A stretch of DNA of 64,000 bases from an uncultured Gemmatimonadales bacterium (lineage in GTDB: Bacteria > Gemmatimonadota > Gemmatimonadetes > Gemmatimonadales > GWC2-71-9), in the NCBI GenBank assembly GCA_963779755.1, contig CAVZZO010000001.1:384001-448000 (forward strand), in the 5' to 3' direction. Positions 58,517 through 64,000 of this stretch are shown here, piece after piece. Under the pieces are notes generated by a model. That model did not search any database. It worked only from the letters and a program-made list of their open reading frames with translations, and was not told where the DNA came from. The translations under genes were made by a program, and so were the position numbers. Numbering within the stretch: position 1 is the first letter of the stretch; the number at the start of each line of letters is the position of its first letter.

Positions 58517-58770
58517 GCTGGACATTCCGCCCATCCCCCGGCGCTTCTGACCGTGCGCCGGGGCCTTTCCGGTCATGCCCTAGCGATTACCGGTCCCTTC
58601 CCCGTATCGTACACATTCTCCAGAACCAGATCACACCGTCCGGATACCGCCTCGCCGCGGCTTCCGGCATATCACGAGATCCGGCCAAGTCGGGGATTCG
58701 ACCTGACCGACTCTGACCGATCTCACGAGCTTTGACTTCGTGAGCGTGCAGGCCATCCCGAGGAGGCGGT

Positions 58771-61470
58771 GTGTCGGATGTGCTGACCAGGCTGCAATCC
58801 GCGCTGGCCGACCGTTACACCATCGAGCGTGAGCTCGGTGCCGGCGGCATGGCCACGGTGTACCTGGCGCGCGATCCCAAGCACGATCGTGATGTCGCCA
58901 TCAAGGTGCTGCGCCCCGAACTCTCGGCCGTGATCGGCGCCGAGCGATTCCTGCGCGAGATCAAGACCATTGCCAACCTGCAGCACCCGCACATCCTGGG
59001 GCTGATCGACTCGGGTGATGTCGACGGGACCGCCTACTACGTGATGCCGTTCGTGGAAGGCGAATCGCTGCGAGACCGCCTGACGCGTGAAAAGCAGCTA
59101 CCCATTCCCGAGGCCGTCCGCATCAGCACCGAGGTGGCCAGCGCTCTCGACTACGCCCACCGCCACGGGGTGATCCACCGCGACATCAAGCCCGAGAACA
59201 TCCTGCTCCATGACGGGCAGGCGCTGGTGGCGGATTTCGGCATCGCGCTCGCCGTGAGCCGTTCCGATGGCGGCACCCGCATGACCGAGACCGGCATGTC
59301 GCTGGGCACGCCGCACTACATGAGCCCCGAGCAGGCCATGGGCGAGCGCGACCTCGACGCCCGCACCGACGTCTACGCGCTGGGCTGCGTGCTCTACGAG
59401 ATGCTCACCGGCGACCCGCCGTTCGATGCCTCCTCCGCCCAGGCGATCGTCGCCAAGGTGATGACGGAAAAGCCGGCGCCGCCCTCGCGGGCCCGCGAGA
59501 CGGTTCCCGACGCGGTCGAGGATGCGGTACTCACCGCGCTGGCCAAGATCCCCGCCGACCGCTTCGCCACCGCCGCCGAGTTCGCGGGGGCGCTGGAGGG
59601 ACGCGGCACCGGGGCCCGACGCATCTCGGGAGCGCGGCGCGCCACGCACACCGACCGCCGGGCGCTGTATGCGCTGGCTGCCCTCGCCCTCATCCTGGCA
59701 GTGGTTGCGATCGTGGGCTGGAGCCGTGCGGCCGGTCGCACGACCGGCGGTGACGGCCCCCTGGCCTACCATATCCACCTCACCCCGAGCGAGTCCGATG
59801 CCGGCTTCGTCGCGAACCAGTTGGCCGTGAGCGCCGACGGCAGAGTCATCGTCTACAGCGACACGGTCGGTGGGACGCGACAACTGTGGGTCAAGGAGCG
59901 CGGCGTTGCCGACCCGCGTTCGATTCCCGGCACCGAGGGAGCGTCGGGGCCGACCCTCTCACCGGACGGGCGTGCGGTCGCTTACACCGCCGGCGACCAG
60001 CTGCGGCGCATCTCGATCAACGGTGGGGCCTCGGCGCTGCTCTCCGATTCGGCCGTGGTCCCCTCCGTCTCCACCAGCGGCGCGTGGCTGGACAACGGGA
60101 CCATCGTTTTTCTCGGCGGCTCGGCAGCCATCCTGTACGTGGTGGCCGATACCGGCGGGGTGACCCGGCGCCTGGCGACCGCGGACCAGTTGTTCGGCTG
60201 GCCGACATCCATCGCCGCCGTACCCGGTCACGATGCCGTCGTGGTCTCGTCCTGCGACATCGGCGGCTGCAGCACGCCGGTCATCTCCCTGGTGCGCCTC
60301 GATCCGGTCACCAGGAAGCAGATCCTCCCGGGCACCAGTGGCGCCTGGCCGGTGGGCGGCGGCCGCATTCTCAGCCTCCTGGCCGACGGCAGCCTCTTCC
60401 TGGCCAGCTTCGACCCGACCTCCGGCGCTATCGGAGAGGGCACGCCCGTCGCCACCGGGATCGCCGTGACCGGACGCGGCCCCGAAGTCGCCATTGGCCT
60501 CGACGGGGTGATGGTCGCGGGAATGGGCGGCGGAGAGACCTTCACCAACAAGAGTCATTTCGTGTTCGCAGGTCTCGACGGGACCACCCGGACCATCGAC
60601 TCCACCTGGTCGGGGACCTTCGCCAACAACAGCCGGCTGGACCTCTCCCCCGATGGACACCGGCTGCTCTTCTCCCAGATCGAGCCGGACGGCGTCCACT
60701 ACGGCCTCTACACCAAGCCGTATCCCGACGGACCGGCGACGCTGTTCAACTTGATGGGGACGCAGAGCTCGCGTGCGGTGTGGTCCCCCGATGGCCGGCG
60801 GATCGCCTGGGTTTCGGTGGACTCGAACAACCACGCCGCCGTCTGGGAGCAGGCGGCCGACGGCTCGGGACGCCCCACCCTGCTGGTGGACGACCCGCGC
60901 GGCGTGTATGAGATCAACTTCAGTCCCGACGGACGGTGGCTGCTATACCGAACCGACGACGTCGCCGCCGGCAACGGCGACATCTACGCCCGTCGTACCA
61001 GCGGCGACACGTCGTCGATCCCGATCGCCGCGAGCCCGGCGGAGGAAACCGGGGCGGCCGTCTCGCCCGACGGTCGCTGGGTGGCCTATGCCGAGAAGAT
61101 CGGCGCCGGCAAGGAGATCATCGTCCGGCCGTTCCCGGACGTGGCCGGCGGGCGGGTGCAGGTCTCGAACGGCGGCGGCCAGGAGCCGCTCTGGAGCCGG
61201 GACGGCCGAACGCTCTACTATCGCCAGGCCAGACAGGGACAGATCATCGCCGCCACCATGGACACCGACGGCAGCTTCCCCGCCAGCGGCCGCTCCGTCG
61301 TCTGGCAGGGAGAGGCGGACGAGTACTGGGAGAACGACGATACCCGGCAGTACACCCTGACGCCCGACGGCAAGGGATTCCTGCTGATGCGCCGTATCCG
61401 GACGGCGGCGGGTGCCAAGCCGATGCATCTGGTGCTCCGCGAGCACTTCGTCCCCACGGAGGATCGCTGA
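58771..61470 (+). CDS. Ser/Thr kinase - TM - PD40 beta-propeller
   Basis: Kinase motifs, GAGGAGG SD, propeller tail. Confidence 0.92.
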   Translation: MSDVLTRLQSALADRYTIERELGAGGMATVYLARDPKHDRDVAIKVLRPELSAVIGAERFLREIKTIANLQHPHILGLIDSGDVDGTAYYVMPFVEGESLRDRLTREKQLPIPEAVRISTEVASALDYAHRHGVIHRDIKPENILLHDGQALVADFGIALAVSRSDGGTRMTETGMSLGTPHYMSPEQAMGERDLDARTDVYALGCVLYEMLTGDPPFDASSAQAIVAKVMTEKPAPPSRARETVPDAVEDAVLTALAKIPADRFATAAEFAGALEGRGTGARRISGARRATHTDRRALYALAALALILAVVAIVGWSRAAGRTTGGDGPLAYHIHLTPSESDAGFVANQLAVSADGRVIVYSDTVGGTRQLWVKERGVADPRSIPGTEGASGPTLSPDGRAVAYTAGDQLRRISINGGASALLSDSAVVPSVSTSGAWLDNGTIVFLGGSAAILYVVADTGGVTRRLATADQLFGWPTSIAAVPGHDAVVVSSCDIGGCSTPVISLVRLDPVTRKQILPGTSGAWPVGGGRILSLLADGSLFLASFDPTSGAIGEGTPVATGIAVTGRGPEVAIGLDGVMVAGMGGGETFTNKSHFVFAGLDGTTRTIDSTWSGTFANNSRLDLSPDGHRLLFSQIEPDGVHYGLYTKPYPDGPATLFNLMGTQSSRAVWSPDGRRIAWVSVDSNNHAAVWEQAADGSGRPTLLVDDPRGVYEINFSPDGRWLLYRTDDVAAGNGDIYARRTSGDTSSIPIAASPAEETGAAVSPDGRWVAYAEKIGAGKEIIVRPFPDVAGGRVQVSNGGGQEPLWSRDGRTLYYRQARQGQIIAATMDTDGSFPASGRSVVWQGEADEYWENDDTRQYTLTPDGKGFLLMRRIRTAAGAKPMHLVLREHFVPTEDR

Positions 61471-64000
61471 TGGCTCCGGGTGGAATCGACCGCCTGAGCG
61501 CTGCCCTGGCCGGCCGCTACCGTCTCGAGCGCGAGCTGGGTCAGGGAGGGATGGCCACGGTCTATCTGGCCGAGGATCTCAAGCACGACCGGCAAGTGGC
61601 CATCAAGGTGCTCCGGCCGGAGCTCGCCGCGGTGATCGGTGCCCAGCGCTTTCTGGCCGAGATCAAGACCACGGCCAACCTGCAGCACCCCCATATCCTG
61701 GCCCTGTTCGATTCGGGCGAGGTGGACGGCACCGTCTTCTATGTGATGCCGTTCGTGGAAGGCGAGTCACTGCGCGACCGGCTGGCGCGTGAGCACCAGC
61801 TGCCGGTCGCCGACGCAGTACGCCTCGCCACCGAGGTCGCGAGCGCCCTCGATTATGCCCATCGCCACGGGGTGATCCACCGCGACATCAAGCCCGAGAA
61901 CATCCTGCTCCATGACGGGCAGGCGCTGGTGGCGGATTTCGGCATCGCGCTCGCCGTGAGCCGTTCCGATGGCGGCACCCGCATGACCGAGACCGGGATG
62001 TCGCTGGGCACGCCGCACTACATGAGCCCCGAGCAGGCGATGGGCGAGCGGGAGATCACCGCCCGGACCGATGTTTACGCCCTGGGCTGCGTGCTGTACG
62101 AGATGCTGGTGGGCGAGCCGCCCTTCTCCGGTCCCACGGCGCAGGCGATCATCGCCAAGGTGATGACCGCGACCCCCGAGCCGGTCACCACCTACCGGAC
62201 GACTGTGCCGCCGCCGGTCGAGGACGCCGTGCATACCGCGATCCAGCGTCTGCCTGCCGACCGCTTTGCCACGGCGAAGGAGTTCGCGGAGGCGCTGGCG
62301 GGCGACGGCTCGGCGCCCCGTCGCACCAGCGGGATAGTGCGAGACCGGCCAGCCTCCACGGCGCGCTGGCTCCGCGACTGGCGCAGCATCGCGGCACTGG
62401 CGGCGGTGGCGGTCCTCGCGGTCTGGGGAATGGTCGCCGGCGGTGCTGCTCCAGCGGCAATCGACGAAAGTCACAAGGAGTACCTGAGCTTCCCGGACTC
62501 CCTCGCACCAGTCTCGGTCGTCGGACGCACCTTCGCCATCTCCCCCGATGGCCGCAATGTCGTGTTCCCCACTGCCGGTGCAGCGGGCAGCGGATCGACG
62601 ACCCACCTGCTGCTCAAGCGGCCCAACCAGCTCGACCCCGTTGCGATTTCGGGCACCACCGATGCCCGGTGGCCGGAGTTCTCGCCGGACGGCTCCCAGT
62701 TGGCCTACGTGCGCTCGGTGTTCGCCCAGGGTGCGCTCCAGACCATTCCAGTTTCTGGCGGGACACCCCGCACCTTGGTGGCCGACTCGGTCTTCATCGG
62801 TGCCTCCTGGGGTGATGACGGCTACATCTACTACTCCAGGCTGGGCGGGATCTTCCGGATACCGGGTGAAGGCGGGCGCATCGACACCCTGACGCGTCCT
62901 AAGGCCAGCGGGGCCACCACCGACTGGTGGCCGGTGGCCGTGCCGGGCGGTCGCGGGGTGGTGTTCACCCGGCAGCGTGGCTCCGGCCCTCTCGAGTTGC
63001 TCGCACTCCCCGCGGGGAGCTCCGAGCCGCGACAACTGACTGAGGGCATCCCCGTCGCCATCCTCCCCTCCGGCACATTCATCTTCTCGACCGACGGCCG
63101 ACAGTTGTACGCGGTGGCCTTCGATCTCCAGCGGCTCGAGCTCCGCGGCAATCCGGTGTTGCTCGCCTCCGACTTGCGGAACAACGGCGTCACCATTGCC
63201 GATGCCGCCTTCTCGGCGAGCGGCTCGATGCTTTACTGGAGCGACGGCGGCGCCGCGCGGAAGGTCTACTGGGTGGACCGGAGTGGTGTCGCCCGGCAAA
63301 TCGACCCCGCCTGGCGGACGCCCGTGGCCGAGTCCCCGGCCATTTCTCCCGACGGTCGCCGCCTGGCCATGTCGGTGGGGCATGGGCTCGAGGTGAAGCA
63401 GCTGGACGAGGGGCCCGCCACGCAGGTGGTCCGCCCGATCGGCGGACGGAACAACCTGAGGCCGGCGTGGCACCCGGACGGGCGGTCGTTGCTGTTCTAT
63501 CGCAGTGGCGGCAAGGACTCGGTGCTGCAGGTGCGCGACGACGGAGTCGGTGACCCGACCCCGACGGTGGATGAGCCCCGGGGGGTCGCCGATGCGATCT
63601 GGTCGCCCGATGGCCGATGGATGGTCTTCCGCACCTCGGTGGAAGCGGAGAACGGGTCGGACATCTACGCCAAGCTGGTGGATAGCGACGAGCCCGCGAT
63701 CCCGATCGTCACCTCCCCTTCCTCCGATGTCACGCCGGAGTTCTCGCCGGATGGGAAGTGGTTGGCCTATGCCTCGAGCGAGTCGGGCATCTTCGAGGTG
63801 TACATCCGGCCGTTTCCCAATGTCGAGGACCGCCGGATTCAGGTCTCGGCACGAGGCGGGCGGCAGCCGCGCTGGTCGCGTCGGAGCGGCGAACTCTTCT
63901 TCGTGGGGCCGGAGGAGATGCTGATGTCGGTGCGTATCCGGACCTCCCCGACTCTCGAGGTCGGGACGCCAGTGCCGCTGTTCCGGGTCACACCATACTA
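61470..64000 (+). CDS. Ser/Thr kinase - TM - PD40 beta-propeller (runs off window end)
   Basis: TGATG coupling; MAPGGIDRLSAALAGRYRLERELGQGGMA, HRDIKPEN, DFG; frame appears open to the window end. Confidence 0.9.
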   Translation, partial: MAPGGIDRLSAALAGRYRLERELGQGGMATVYLAEDLKHDRQVAIKVLRPELAAVIGAQRFLAEIKTTANLQHPHILALFDSGEVDGTVFYVMPFVEGESLRDRLAREHQLPVADAVRLATEVASALDYAHRHGVIHRDIKPENILLHDGQALVADFGIALAVSRSDGGTRMTETGMSLGTPHYMSPEQAMGEREITARTDVYALGCVLYEMLVGEPPFSGPTAQAIIAKVMTATPEPVTTYRTTVPPPVEDAVHTAIQRLPADRFATAKEFAEALAGDGSAPRRTSGIVRDRPASTARWLRDWRSIAALAAVAVLAVWGMVAGGAAPAAIDESHKEYLSFPDSLAPVSVVGRTFAISPDGRNVVFPTAGAAGSGSTTHLLLKRPNQLDPVAISGTTDARWPEFSPDGSQLAYVRSVFAQGALQTIPVSGGTPRTLVADSVFIGASWGDDGYIYYSRLGGIFRIPGEGGRIDTLTRPKASGATTDWWPVAVPGGRGVVFTRQRGSGPLELLALPAGSSEPRQLTEGIPVAILPSGTFIFSTDGRQLYAVAFDLQRLELRGNPVLLASDLRNNGVTIADAAFSASGSMLYWSDGGAARKVYWVDRSGVARQIDPAWRTPVAESPAISPDGRRLAMSVGHGLEVKQLDEGPATQVVRPIGGRNNLRPAWHPDGRSLLFYRSGGKDSVLQVRDDGVGDPTPTVDEPRGVADAIWSPDGRWMVFRTSVEAENGSDIYAKLVDSDEPAIPIVTSPSSDVTPEFSPDGKWLAYASSESGIFEVYIRPFPNVEDRRIQVSARGGRQPRWSRRSGELFFVGPEEMLMSVRIRTSPTLEVGTPVPLFRVTPY

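Noticed and set aside
59161..62050. Diversity-generating retroelement TR/VR pair
   Set aside because: The repeat is in the conserved kinase core, the mismatches are C/G at silent sites and not at adenines, and no reverse transcriptase is present.

Overview
High-GC bacterial chromosome segment. The expanded Hanks-type Ser/Thr kinases with TolB/PD40 or TPR tails, the gene content and the intergenic 7-9-mer tandem repeats suggest a Gemmatimonadota-like genome (inference). Contents from left to right: a MazF toxin 3' end; a three-gene molybdoenzyme cluster resembling 4-hydroxybenzoyl-CoA reductase (hcrCAB); MscS; a serine hydrolase-VanX fusion; an SDR/BFD/GAF-kinase operon; an ABC exporter; a non-canonical EF-G; and a two-gene TolB-lipoprotein insert bracketed by two synonymously diverged copies of the fusA/TPR junction. 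These are followed by a sigma54 activator module with candidate -24/-12 promoters, korAB, a GT9, a penicillin acylase, a small defence islet (AbiE-like pair with a perfect 32-bp palindrome over its promoter, plus a collapsed type III RM locus), a tricorn protease, a 1-Cys peroxiredoxin, a cytochrome c-PQQ dehydrogenase, and a cNMP kinase with a receiver-TrxB fusion. Five Ser/Thr kinase genes are present, together with orphan tail remnants. No rRNA, tRNA, CRISPR array, integrase or transposase was recognised. The best leads are the kinase arrays with a gene-conversion tract and orphan tails, the repeat-bracketed gene remnants (possibly GxxExxY-derived), the chimeric fusA-TPR insertion, and a Glu-to-Gln change at the molybdoenzyme catalytic position. 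All family calls come from motif recognition by eye; no searches were run.
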